In this document: positions 28,894 through 39,733 of the stretch, piece by piece
Position numbering within the stretch: the first letter of the stretch is position 1
Layout: each line of letters begins with the position of its first letter
Origin: an uncultured Candidatus Saccharibacteria bacterium
GTDB lineage: Bacteria > Patescibacteriota > Minisyncoccia > Phycocordibacterales > PALSA-1337
Direction: 5' to 3'
Assembly (NCBI GenBank): GCA_964357605.1
Contig: CAYHLX010000002.1
Coordinates: 569 to 64,568 of the forward strand
DNA length: 64,000 nt
Position numbers and translations under genes: made by a program
Notes under the pieces: generated by a model
Seen by the model: the letters and a program-made list of their open reading frames with translations, nothing else
Database searches by the model: none
Told to the model about the DNA's origin: nothing

Positions 28894-29735
28894 AGATGAC
28901 CTTGATTATACTTCTTAGTGAGCCTCTGTAAAGAAGTAAGGATCGTTTTGTTTTTAGCAAAAAGAACACTAGTACTGAAACGATCATTTACTTTCCTAAA
29001 TAGATTTAGCGGTTGGCCAGAGAAATCGCTCGTGAATCCACCCTGCTCTTCCACAAAAAGACTTCCCGCAGCAATATCCCAGGGTTTGATATCTGGAGTC
29101 AGATACGCTCCTGTAATACCAGAGGCTAGGAGACAGCCATCAAAAACCGCCGAGGCTGACCGACGCAAATCTGATGAAGCCAGCCAGAGATTTTTATAAA
29201 GTTCAAAAGCTGGATCGGCTACTTCTTTTGTGCGTACATGGGGGAAACCGACACTGACCAAACTTTGAGCGAGAGTGTCGTCTGGGGAAAGACAAGTGAG
29301 TTTTTTGCCATTATGGAAAACACCGTGACCACGAACAGTGTGAAAGATATCGTTATGTACTGGAAGACAATTGACAGCCATAACAACTTTTCCGTCCACC
29401 ACCAATGAAATAGAGACTGCGTAAACATCGAATCCTTTGACATAGTTAGTTGTCCCGTCTAATGGATCTATTATCCAGACACGTTTCCAATCTGGCGAAA
29501 ACTCATTAAGCGTCTCTTCACTCAAAATATGATCTTCGGGGAATGAATTCAGGATTGCCTCGATACACATCCGCTCCGATTCAAGATCCACTTTTGTTGT
29601 AACATCCAAGTATCCTTTGCCATTTGGTTGTTTAACAATGACATTATTTTTCTGTGAAGTACGTAAATAACGACCGACTTTGAGGGCGATAGTTTTTGCC
29701 ACTTTTAATTCTTTTGTGTAAGTAGATTTTTTCAT
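28890..29735 (-). CDS. Inositol monophosphatase family protein (SuhB/CysQ-like)
   Basis: Metal-binding motif WIIDPLDGTTNYVKGFDVYAVSISL. Confidence 0.75.
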   Translation of the reverse strand: MKKSTYTKELKVAKTIALKVGRYLRTSQKNNVIVKQPNGKGYLDVTTKVDLESERMCIEAILNSFPEDHILSEETLNEFSPDWKRVWIIDPLDGTTNYVKGFDVYAVSISLVVDGKVVMAVNCLPVHNDIFHTVRGHGVFHNGKKLTCLSPDDTLAQSLVSVGFPHVRTKEVADPAFELYKNLWLASSDLRRSASAVFDGCLLASGITGAYLTPDIKPWDIAAGSLFVEEQGGFTSDFSGQPLNLFRKVNDRFSTSVLFAKNKTILTSLQRLTKKYNQGHL

Positions 29736-30757
29736 ACAAGTTTTTTAAGTGATTCTACAATGCCCTGAATCGCTACTCCAATTCTTTCTTCATAACCAAA
29801 TCTTTTGCGAAGTTTAGCTTTACTAAGATAGATACGAAGTTGGTAAAGGGCTAACTTCTTTTCCAAATTAGATGGTTTTTTGGAGTGACCAAAATACCCT
29901 TCACAAAAAACATTAAAAATATCTTTAGAAACATATGTTCCATAAAAAGCGATATCGTAGAGTGGATCCCCTGACTTAGCTTGAGAAAGATCGATGGCTG
30001 CAATCACCTTATTACTGACCTCATCAACCATAATATTAGCATTATGATAATCGCCGTGAAGGGTGACTCCTTTTGAAAGAACAAGTAGATCTTCATTTTT
30101 ATTAAAGGCACTTTTTATCTCTTTTTCTTGTTTGGATGTCAAGAGATGGTGCTTGACCAGATATTTCAAGTTTTCCTCTAGACGTGCATGAATAGCTTCT
30201 TTCCATGTATTTTGGCTACCGCAAAGAACTTTTTCTTTTAATTTAAGAATTCCAAAACCTTCTATTGGGACAGTATGAAGATGTCGAAGAAAAGCTCCTG
30301 ACGAAAGTGCGTAGGCAGTTGAATCTTGAGGATAGTGTCTCAAATATTCCTCTACATCATGAGTACCGACATGCTCAAGAAGGATGTAATCAGGATCATC
30401 TTTTTTGTTTCTCAAAGTGACGTCATATACTTCTGGACTTGGAATACCGGCTCTGTGCCAAGTATCATAAAGCATTGCTTCAACCATAAAATGCTCTGCG
30501 ATCAAACTGTCTGTATTAAGACGAAATACAACTTTGAGTCCCTTATCTGTGTAAGCACGGAAAACGAGGTGATCAAAGGCATTCTTACCAACCCCGAGTG
30601 GTTCAACACGAGTAATGGCGGCGCCAAGTGATTTTGTCGCAATACGCGCCACAATTGTCCTCGCATCAAAATGTGTGTATCGATTCTTTTTACTTCTGAG
30701 AGCTTTGTCTGAAAGTGGCGAATCAGCCTTGGGATCAAAGATGGGGTCGTTTGTCAT
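29732..30757 (-). CDS. Phosphotransferase family (APH/choline-kinase-like) small-molecule kinase
   Basis: HGDYHNANIMVD and the downstream D..S catalytic-loop pattern. Confidence 0.65.
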   Translation of the reverse strand: MTNDPIFDPKADSPLSDKALRSKKNRYTHFDARTIVARIATKSLGAAITRVEPLGVGKNAFDHLVFRAYTDKGLKVVFRLNTDSLIAEHFMVEAMLYDTWHRAGIPSPEVYDVTLRNKKDDPDYILLEHVGTHDVEEYLRHYPQDSTAYALSSGAFLRHLHTVPIEGFGILKLKEKVLCGSQNTWKEAIHARLEENLKYLVKHHLLTSKQEKEIKSAFNKNEDLLVLSKGVTLHGDYHNANIMVDEVSNKVIAAIDLSQAKSGDPLYDIAFYGTYVSKDIFNVFCEGYFGHSKKPSNLEKKLALYQLRIYLSKAKLRKRFGYEERIGVAIQGIVESLKKLV

Positions 30758-30760
30758 ATC

Positions 30761-32089
30761 TCAATTCAGCCTTGCGAATCCGGAATGGGTAATAGGACCT
30801 CTAAGACATTTATTTACAGTATTGGTGTCAATCGCCTTTTTCAAAATTGCAAAAGCCTTATTTACGGCTTTCTCATATTGCTTAACATGTGCGTCAGTAT
30901 GCGCTAGCGTACCAAAGAAAAGGGTGCTCGCTAAAATCCCCTGATCAAGCATTTCTTGGATAAAAAGAGTCTTCAGAGCCTGAGCCTCAGTACCAGAAAA
31001 AGAAAAGCTCGTGATGGTATCACTTCCAGCAATAGTTAGTGGTATCCCATATTTTTTACTAGCGGTAGCCCAAACTTGTTTTACTCTCTTACCAACCTTG
31101 GCCAATTGACCAGCGGTATCTCTTTTCACCAGTTTTTTAATGGTAACCAAGGCCGCAGTTGGACCGATACGTTCAGTCCAGTTGGTACTAGAAATAAAAG
31201 TGGTTTGAGCCGCTTCCATAACCTCTTTTTTACCGATAACAGCAGCCATCGCATACCCATTCGCCATCGCTTTAGAAAAAACAGCTAGATCTGGCACCAG
31301 ACCATAGGCTAGATGCGAACCACCCTTCGCAAATTTGAATCCTGCGGTAATCTCATCAGCAAGAAGGACTGCGCCACTGGTGTTCGCAAGCAAACGAACC
31401 TTTTCAATAAATTCTGGAGTTGGTGGTTTGCCTTTAACTGGCTCCAAAACAATAGCTGCGAGATCCTGGCCGGCAATCTTCACAGCTTCTTCAAGTTCTT
31501 TGATGTCATTAAAATGAAATGGAATGAGAGTACCCTTTAATCCACGCGGGACACCACGTGGTTCAAGTCCGGGCAAAAGATGTCCATCAAGAGTTTTGTC
31601 GTCAGCCAGATTTGCAGAGAGATACCAATCACTCCAACCATGATAACCACAGAAGGCAATAGTGTCCCGACCAGTATAAGCTCTGGCAATACGCACTGCC
31701 ATAGCCATAGCTTCTCCACCAGTTCTCGCATAACGTGCCATTTCTGCCCAAGGGTGTAGCTTGATTAGAAGCTCAGCCAGTTCTACTTCTTCAGGTGCAT
31801 TTAATGTTGCCATCACACCCTTATCAATTATCTTTTTTACAGCAGAGTCTACATCTTTATCCCCATAACCAAGTAGACAGTTACCAATACCCATAATGGA
31901 CATATCGAGATATTTTTTACCATCCAGATCCCAGACATATACACCTTTAGCTTTTGAATAGTAAGCCGGCCATTCTTCGGGCAAAAACATTTCTGCCCGC
32001 TTGGATAACAACTGATTCCCTCCAGGAATAAGTTGTTTGGCTTTTTTCCATAATTTTTGTCCTGTGCCATTTTTCAGATTCTTTTTCAT
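30761..32089 (-). CDS. Class III aminotransferase (glutamate-1-semialdehyde 2,1-aminomutase-like)
   Basis: The N-terminus KKAKQLIPGGNQLLSKRAEMFLPEEWPAYYSKAKGVYVWDLDGKKYLD matches the GSA-aminomutase/class III fold. Confidence 0.8.
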   Translation of the reverse strand: MKKNLKNGTGQKLWKKAKQLIPGGNQLLSKRAEMFLPEEWPAYYSKAKGVYVWDLDGKKYLDMSIMGIGNCLLGYGDKDVDSAVKKIIDKGVMATLNAPEEVELAELLIKLHPWAEMARYARTGGEAMAMAVRIARAYTGRDTIAFCGYHGWSDWYLSANLADDKTLDGHLLPGLEPRGVPRGLKGTLIPFHFNDIKELEEAVKIAGQDLAAIVLEPVKGKPPTPEFIEKVRLLANTSGAVLLADEITAGFKFAKGGSHLAYGLVPDLAVFSKAMANGYAMAAVIGKKEVMEAAQTTFISSTNWTERIGPTAALVTIKKLVKRDTAGQLAKVGKRVKQVWATASKKYGIPLTIAGSDTITSFSFSGTEAQALKTLFIQEMLDQGILASTLFFGTLAHTDAHVKQYEKAVNKAFAILKKAIDTNTVNKCLRGPITHSGFARLN

Positions 32090-32175
32090 ATACGATAATA
32101 CCTAATATAACCACATTTGAGGTAAAAGAAAAAGGGGGTTCGCTTTCGCAAACCCCCTTTGTTGAATTCTGACTT

Positions 32176-33075
32176 TCAAAAGCTCCAAACAACTGTCATC
32201 GCTCCAGCGAGCCCTAGTCCGAAACAAACCCAATCAACCTTTTCAAACTGCTTTCTTTCATGAAAGATAAACAGCCCAATAAGTGAGGGGATGATCATTT
32301 CCGAACTGAGAAAGATCGGCTGAAGGACTGTGATCGGCGCTCCTCGATATCCAATGTACCCCAAGACAAGCGCCGTGAAAACAAGAATTGCCAAGACTAA
32401 CGTTACGGTGATATCCCGACGAGTCAATTTCGTAACCGCCTGCTGATCCTGCCCACCGTCTTTGTAGAAGAGAAAGATCAGAGTTGCCGAAATCAACGCC
32501 CCAAGATACCAACCGAAACCGAACACTGGAAGACTCACACCACTAAGTCCCCAATATCTCATGGCGAACACAGCTACACCCCAAATCACACTATACATAC
32601 CAACGAACACAAAAAACTTCATCGGCAAGTGGTTTTTGGTCGAGTCATTGCTACTTCGCCGATAATTGATGATGGCGAAGACCACAACAGCGGTCAGACT
32701 CATCAATACTCCTACGACCACTCCAGGGTTCAGGAATTTTACTTCACCAAGAATCAGGTAGCCCAGTCCCAGGGTGATGATGTCATCCCAGAACGTAAAC
32801 AAGGAAGTCCGTGATAGTGAGATCGCGATGGCTTTCCAACTGAAGTAAGCCGCGAGGCCGTTAAAAAAACCAACGACGACAATCAGGAGGAATGTATTGT
32901 CTACCTTTAATCCTCCCGATATAAGCATGAATACTGACGCAATTAACACGCAAAAGAAAAATTGCCACAGGAACCGTTCTGTCCGACAATGTTTGATCGC
33001 TGTCTTTTTGATGAGATACTGACAAAGCCCGTGGGCTACAATCACCCGTAACACTACTGCAAGTTGCCAAGACAT
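32176..33075 (-). CDS. Polytopic membrane protein, DMT/EamA-like transporter
   Basis: 299 aa with about 10 TM segments and a two-repeat architecture. Confidence 0.5.
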   Translation of the reverse strand: MSWQLAVVLRVIVAHGLCQYLIKKTAIKHCRTERFLWQFFFCVLIASVFMLISGGLKVDNTFLLIVVVGFFNGLAAYFSWKAIAISLSRTSLFTFWDDIITLGLGYLILGEVKFLNPGVVVGVLMSLTAVVVFAIINYRRSSNDSTKNHLPMKFFVFVGMYSVIWGVAVFAMRYWGLSGVSLPVFGFGWYLGALISATLIFLFYKDGGQDQQAVTKLTRRDITVTLVLAILVFTALVLGYIGYRGAPITVLQPIFLSSEMIIPSLIGLFIFHERKQFEKVDWVCFGLGLAGAMTVVWSF

Positions 33076-33162
33076 ATGAGAGTCCTTCTAAATCACATTG
33101 TTTATAGCCATTTGTGCAGACAACATGTCTGCAAATTTCAAAGGACTACTAAACAGTATGCA

Positions 33163-34311
33163 TTAAATATCTAATCTGTCAAGTATATCCTCCAGCGTCT
33201 CTACAATAAACTTCTGTTGTTTGTATGTGATGTTTGGAAAAAGTGGGATGGAAATTTCTGAGGCTACAAAATCCTCTGTCGCCGGACAGATTCCCTTTTT
33301 GTAGCCAAATCGCTCATAAAATAGATGGGTATGGACCGGTACATGATGGACTTGCACACCAATCCCAGCCATACGCATTTGTAGAAAAACTTCATCACGC
33401 CTATGTGCGTTAGGAGGAGTCAGTCTCACGGGATAGAGATGCCAAGCTGATTTCTCATGGTCACGTTCCGGCATAGGAAGAATAAGGTGGGGAATTCCCT
33501 TCAACAGTTTTTCATATCTTTTAGCGGCAGCTCTACGTTTTTTGATAAAAGAATCCAGACGAGTCAATTGACTCAAACCCAGAGCGGCAGACATTTCTGG
33601 CATACGATAATTAAATCCGAGTGCTTGCATCTCTTGATACCATTCACCATAGCCCCGACGTACAAATTCTTTGGCATCTTTGCAGATCCCGTGACTACGA
33701 AAAAGTCGCAGAGCTTTATCAAATTTTTGACTATCAGTAACAATGATTCCCCCCTCTCCAGTAGTGATAGATTTGGCCGGATGAAAACTAAACATCGTCA
33801 TGTCAGCCTGAGTACCAACAGGTTTACCATTGTAATAAGCTCCTAGAGATTGAGCGGCGTCCGAAATAAGCACAAGTTTGTATTTTTTTGCAAGAATCTG
33901 AAATGCCCGCATATCAGCTGGCCTACCAGCGTAGTCAACCGGCACAATAACTTTGGTTTTTTTAGTTATTTTTGACTTTGCATAAGCTGGATCCATGTTT
34001 CCAGTCCAAATATCCGAGTCTGCAAAAACTGGTTTCGCCCCAAGATATAGAGCGGCATTAGCTGTCGCGGCAAAAGTCAGAGCGGGAACGATCACTTCAT
34101 CACCTTTTTCAATACCAGAAGCAAAATAGGCCGCATGAAGAGCTGCAGTACCAGAGTTAAAAGCCACAGCAAATTTTGCCCCAACTTTCTTGGCCAAAGC
34201 TTTTTCAAATTTTTCTATAGTCGGTCCTTGAGTGAGCCACTTTGAACGAAGAACTTTGGTAACAGCTTTAATATCCGCCTCATTGATATCTTGTGTTGAG
34301 TAAGGAATCAT
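33163..34311 (-). CDS. DegT/DnrJ/EryC1/StrS family sugar aminotransferase (PseC/LegC/PglE-like)
   Basis: The N-terminus IPYSTQDINEADIKAVTKVLRSKWLTQGPTIEKFEKALAKKVGAKFAVAFNSGTAALH is the family signature. Confidence 0.85.
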   Translation of the reverse strand: MIPYSTQDINEADIKAVTKVLRSKWLTQGPTIEKFEKALAKKVGAKFAVAFNSGTAALHAAYFASGIEKGDEVIVPALTFAATANAALYLGAKPVFADSDIWTGNMDPAYAKSKITKKTKVIVPVDYAGRPADMRAFQILAKKYKLVLISDAAQSLGAYYNGKPVGTQADMTMFSFHPAKSITTGEGGIIVTDSQKFDKALRLFRSHGICKDAKEFVRRGYGEWYQEMQALGFNYRMPEMSAALGLSQLTRLDSFIKKRRAAAKRYEKLLKGIPHLILPMPERDHEKSAWHLYPVRLTPPNAHRRDEVFLQMRMAGIGVQVHHVPVHTHLFYERFGYKKGICPATEDFVASEISIPLFPNITYKQQKFIVETLEDILDRLDI

Positions 34312-35355
<1,044 letters not shown>

Positions 35356-37224
35356 TTAAGGCAAGGATTTAATCAGCTCTGCGACACGTTCCGATGATTT
35401 TCCATCAAAAGAGTACTCCTGCAAAAACTTTTCTTGTTTTAACAAAAGCTCTTGATAATATGACTTGTCTGCAAAAATCTTTTTCACAATCTCTCTAGCT
35501 TCTTGGGGGTTATATAACAGAGGAATAAATGATGAGTAAATCTGTGAATGATAGTTATCAAAACGTTTCCAGGGGTGCAAAACTAATGGTTTTCTAGCAA
35601 GGATTGCTTGATAAATTAACGTGGTATTATTACAAATCACTGCATCACTAGCACACAGCAAAGGAAAAATATCCTCGTCGCCAGAAACCGTCCAATCTGA
35701 AGAAAAATATTCCTTGAGATATTCTTTGGTATAACTGATCAACTTTGGAGTACGACATTTAAAAAGAATTTGCAAGCCAGGACTGTCTCTTTGTATTAGA
35801 CGAACCGTCTCCATGAACTCTGCAAGTTGATAAGAGTCGATCGCAGAAGCATAGGTATCAGAAAAAGGAATGGCAACAAAAAGTATAGGTCTGGCCAAGT
35901 CTAATCCCAACCCTCTGAACAATTTTTTACCTTGTTCAACCCCCTTTATTCTTTCATTCACATACCTATCAAAACGCGGTGAACCTACCGAGATTAGTTG
36001 GCGAGCAGTGTTCCCTATTCTTTTATGCCATGAATTTATAATTTCACCATAGGTTAAAAGATAATCAGTCTCAATGCGACAAAATACTGATCTCGGATCA
36101 ATTGTGACCGTAGCATGTTGCATTTCTACCGAAGGAATACCGAGCTGTGAAGCAACTCGCGCCATAAGAAAAAAGTAGTGATGAGGACCACCAACAGAGG
36201 CCATCTGCAGAACCAGATTGGGCTTTTCCTTTTTCATAATCTTATACAATGTCTCTATATCAGCAATGATTCGGGGTGAATACATAATAATGTGTTCGCA
36301 AGCATCAATAACCGGACTCCAGTCGAGATCTCCCCTTACACCCTGAAGATAATTCTTGACCTGTTCCTTGGCATTCTGCCACTGCCCCAGAAACTTTTGA
36401 CCAATCTGTCTTGATATCTGCTCTTCAGTATGACTAATCGGCCCATGTGGATACATCACTCTCATACGATGCTTGAGGCGCTGTTTCCAGGGTATTTGCA
36501 GAAACATCTTACTCTCTAGGAGTATGATTTCCGTATCATCCAGAAGAGGTACAAGTGATTCGGCATGCATCCAATATCCACTCAAATAAATTTTTGTTTG
36601 GCGACGTGGTAAGAAGCTCACAAAAAAATTATAAATTTTCAAAAGCCGTGACTTATTTGTAGCAGGCTCAAATTTATATACTTTAGAAACGATCCGTTTC
36701 TGCGCCACCTCTTTTACTAGACCGACCATGCGAGCAGCATCTATAGTAGCCCATGGTTGGAAAGCTGATAAACACTCTGTCGTCGATACATCATTTATTG
36801 TTGGATTTGGAATGTGAAAATGTGAATCTGGATTCGATTTTTTAAGAAAAAGAAATATACGAACATAGTAAAATAGTTTGGCCAGATAGGCCTGCATGAT
36901 GGGTTCTGGGGCTTCGGCGATACGAATCTCTTTGTGTTGGAAAAAAGCCATTTTCGGCACACGATACCATTCGCGAGACACGTCATGCGATAATTTCCAC
37001 CACTCTTCCTCACCTGTTTCTGCATCTACAAAATTTCGTAGTGGAATAAAAGGAATATTTCTCTTTTGACATTCACGCTCAAGTAAAAAATCAAGACAGA
37101 TAATGTTTGCTTTCTTTTTTACTTGCTCTAGAGCTTCGTGGAGATGTCCGGACTCGTAGACTATAAATATAGTTTTATTTTTATCTTTCATGATTAGAAA
37201 AAACATAAATACGCGACCCACCAC
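35356..37224 (-). CDS. Large (622 aa) putative glycosyl/nonulosonic-acid transferase-like protein, paralog of 37839..39731
   Basis: It shares an N-terminal block with its paralog (KNKTIFIVYESGHLHE versus KSKTIFLIYELGHVEE). The C-terminus is GT-B-like (CASDAVICNNTTLIYQAILARKPLV). There is no TM segment. Confidence 0.5.
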   Translation of the reverse strand: MVGRVFMFFLIMKDKNKTIFIVYESGHLHEALEQVKKKANIICLDFLLERECQKRNIPFIPLRNFVDAETGEEEWWKLSHDVSREWYRVPKMAFFQHKEIRIAEAPEPIMQAYLAKLFYYVRIFLFLKKSNPDSHFHIPNPTINDVSTTECLSAFQPWATIDAARMVGLVKEVAQKRIVSKVYKFEPATNKSRLLKIYNFFVSFLPRRQTKIYLSGYWMHAESLVPLLDDTEIILLESKMFLQIPWKQRLKHRMRVMYPHGPISHTEEQISRQIGQKFLGQWQNAKEQVKNYLQGVRGDLDWSPVIDACEHIIMYSPRIIADIETLYKIMKKEKPNLVLQMASVGGPHHYFFLMARVASQLGIPSVEMQHATVTIDPRSVFCRIETDYLLTYGEIINSWHKRIGNTARQLISVGSPRFDRYVNERIKGVEQGKKLFRGLGLDLARPILFVAIPFSDTYASAIDSYQLAEFMETVRLIQRDSPGLQILFKCRTPKLISYTKEYLKEYFSSDWTVSGDEDIFPLLCASDAVICNNTTLIYQAILARKPLVLHPWKRFDNYHSQIYSSFIPLLYNPQEAREIVKKIFADKSYYQELLLKQEKFLQEYSFDGKSSERVAELIKSLP

Positions 37225-37828
37225 ATTCTTTATGGAGTTTATAGCCTTTATCTAAAAGAAATTGTTTTGATTGATCACCTTCTATTACTACTATTTTGGG
37301 ATAATTTTTCCAATCATAGGATTGTAGAACTTCAAAATCCATTCCTTCCGCATCAACAGTAAGCAAATCTATCTCTCCCTGCACAAGCTCCGAAAGAGGA
37401 CAAACCTTAACCTCCATTGTCCCTAAAAATTGTAGAAATGTTTTTTCTTTCCATTTATCTGCTTCATTCTTCTTAAAGGTGTTAACTGCTGGATCGGAAA
37501 ATTGATAGTATGTGAGCGTACCCGCACGACCAACGCCATTACAGATATTTTTATCCTGAGGACGAGCTTTATTGAAAAGTGATACGGTATGAGGATTAGG
37601 GTCAATATTTACTCCCGACCAACCTTTTTTATAAAGGAGGTAAGTATTGGAATAACGGTATGGATGGTGAGCGCCAACATCTACATATCGCCCCTGATCC
37701 TGACCTTTGAATAATTCCTGAAGGACTTTATCTTCACCAAATTGAGAATAAGTCTTGTACCCCAAAAGTTTATGTTTGAGATTTGAAAGTGTGTAGTGCC
37801 AAGAAACTGGAAAAAATCGTTTTAGCAT
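37181..37828 (-). CDS. FkbM-family methyltransferase
   Basis: SQFGEDKVLQELF...YVDVGAHHPYRYSNTYLLYKKGWSGVNIDPNP is the Methyltransf_21/FkbM pattern. Confidence 0.65.
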   Translation of the reverse strand: MLKRFFPVSWHYTLSNLKHKLLGYKTYSQFGEDKVLQELFKGQDQGRYVDVGAHHPYRYSNTYLLYKKGWSGVNIDPNPHTVSLFNKARPQDKNICNGVGRAGTLTYYQFSDPAVNTFKKNEADKWKEKTFLQFLGTMEVKVCPLSELVQGEIDLLTVDAEGMDFEVLQSYDWKNYPKIVVIEGDQSKQFLLDKGYKLHKECGGSRIYVFSNHER

Positions 37829-37838
37829 GGATAGTAAA

Positions 37839-39731
37839 TTAGGTTTTTATGGACCGTTTTGTGAGCTCGAGAATAAGATCAGCATATCGCTCTCTCGAAT
37901 GTCCGTCAAACAAAAAGTTTTCAGAAATAAACATTTGTATCTTCTGTCTGATTTCATTTCTTTTTTCTGGATGAGAAGCTAGTTCTTTAAGAATGAGGCT
38001 GAATTCTGCTTCGGTCAGAACAATAAACAGAGCGCCTGCTTGTTTATACGGAAGAAAATGGAAATTCACTACCTGAGCATCAACGGGATTTAAAGCCGGA
38101 ATGACAACTGGCATCCCAAACTGTAGGGCTTCTAGGATAGCTGTAGAAAAACAAGAAACAACAGCATCTGCCTGCTGGTAAAGATGAGAGAGGGGTTCAT
38201 ATTGCACAATCCTGTGTGGTATATCAGAAAATACACGCTCAACAATCACACGCAATAATGCCTCATCTGCTGGTCCAGGACGTAACTTAATCAGGACATG
38301 AGCTGTTTTGAGCGACTTAACTGCCTTAGCTACAGAGCTAAAGTAGTTTTCGGCACTATATGAATCATAAATCTCAAACGGACGAATATCTGGCGCGATA
38401 CAAAGTACCGTAAATTTATCTTGAGGAAGAATTTTTTTGTCCTTGTGATCGAGTACATAATTATCAAAACGAGGTGAGCCGATTTCACGTATTCTCTCTG
38501 AATCATACTCGATGGATAGAAGTTCTCTTTTAACAATAGATCCGTAAGTCGCAATATACTCTGCAACGTGATCACGCGACCAAGAACCAGGGCCGAGATA
38601 TTCTATCCCATGTTGTAGCTCTAAAGACGGGATGCCAAAATTCTTGGCAACCAATGGTAGAACAGAAAAATGGATCTGGGCACTTACGCTAGCCCTCAGC
38701 AACACCACCTGAGGACGTAATTGCTCATAAAGAGCTTGAGTACCTTCAATCTCAGAGAGAATTTTTTCAAAACCACCAACAATGTCGTGAACAGCATTTA
38801 GCAATAAATTATCGAATGTATAACCTCGCCAGAAAAAAACTGGCGAGATCTTATCTCTAACATCATTCCATAATTTACCGAATTTTTGAGTCTCGATTTT
38901 CACAAGGTTACGTGTTTGGCTTGATAGAAAATTTTCTGTATGCACAAATCTCATCCTATGTCTGATAAGTACACGCCAATTGATATCTAATATTTCAGTG
39001 CGGTCCAGAAAAATACACTCTGCTTTTTTAAGCAGTTCAATGGATGATTTCAGATTTCTCCAATGATCACTGATTAGTAAGCGAGGATGACCAGGTTGGC
39101 GAAACATAATAATTGCCATATTCCATATTTTAAGGAAAAGACCAAAAGTTATTCGTTTAAATGAAAAAATTAATGGTCTCATAGAATTACGCATAACAAC
39201 CAACGTTTTGAAGAGTGGGATCACTGTAACTACCATGCCTCGAGTAGAAGCAATGTTCTTCGCGCAATCAATTACTACATTTATTTCACGAAAAGCTAGA
39301 GTACCAAATGTCTTCGAGATGGTCTCACTGGGAGTAAAAAGTTTGAATTCTAGTGCATCTGGATGTTTTTCCATCACAGAAATCAATAAATTACTGTAGT
39401 AGTAGACACGTTGCAAATAAGCACGAAACATAAACTGAAAAATCGTCGGTAAAAAAATATTCTTATACTGGAATCCCCCCCACTGTGGATCAGTAAAAAA
39501 TGCGGTGATCATTTCATCTTCTTCCTGCAACTGATTAGGAAAAACTTCTTTATATTTACTGATAGAAGTAAAAGGAATTTTTTGTTCTCTTAGCTTAGCT
39601 TCTATATCCAAGGACAAGGCTATAACTAATGAGTCAATTTTTTCTTTAGGGTTTTCGGCAAAAAAACGCTGAAGTTCCTCCACATGTCCCAATTCATAGA
39701 TAAGAAAAATAGTTTTAGATTTATTTTCCAT
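37839..39731 (-). CDS. Large (630 aa) putative glycosyl/nonulosonic-acid transferase-like protein, paralog of 35356..37224
   Basis: N-terminal similarity to the 622-aa protein, and a comparable size. Confidence 0.5.
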   Translation of the reverse strand: MENKSKTIFLIYELGHVEELQRFFAENPKEKIDSLVIALSLDIEAKLREQKIPFTSISKYKEVFPNQLQEEDEMITAFFTDPQWGGFQYKNIFLPTIFQFMFRAYLQRVYYYSNLLISVMEKHPDALEFKLFTPSETISKTFGTLAFREINVVIDCAKNIASTRGMVVTVIPLFKTLVVMRNSMRPLIFSFKRITFGLFLKIWNMAIIMFRQPGHPRLLISDHWRNLKSSIELLKKAECIFLDRTEILDINWRVLIRHRMRFVHTENFLSSQTRNLVKIETQKFGKLWNDVRDKISPVFFWRGYTFDNLLLNAVHDIVGGFEKILSEIEGTQALYEQLRPQVVLLRASVSAQIHFSVLPLVAKNFGIPSLELQHGIEYLGPGSWSRDHVAEYIATYGSIVKRELLSIEYDSERIREIGSPRFDNYVLDHKDKKILPQDKFTVLCIAPDIRPFEIYDSYSAENYFSSVAKAVKSLKTAHVLIKLRPGPADEALLRVIVERVFSDIPHRIVQYEPLSHLYQQADAVVSCFSTAILEALQFGMPVVIPALNPVDAQVVNFHFLPYKQAGALFIVLTEAEFSLILKELASHPEKRNEIRQKIQMFISENFLFDGHSRERYADLILELTKRSIKT

Positions 39732-39733
39732 AA

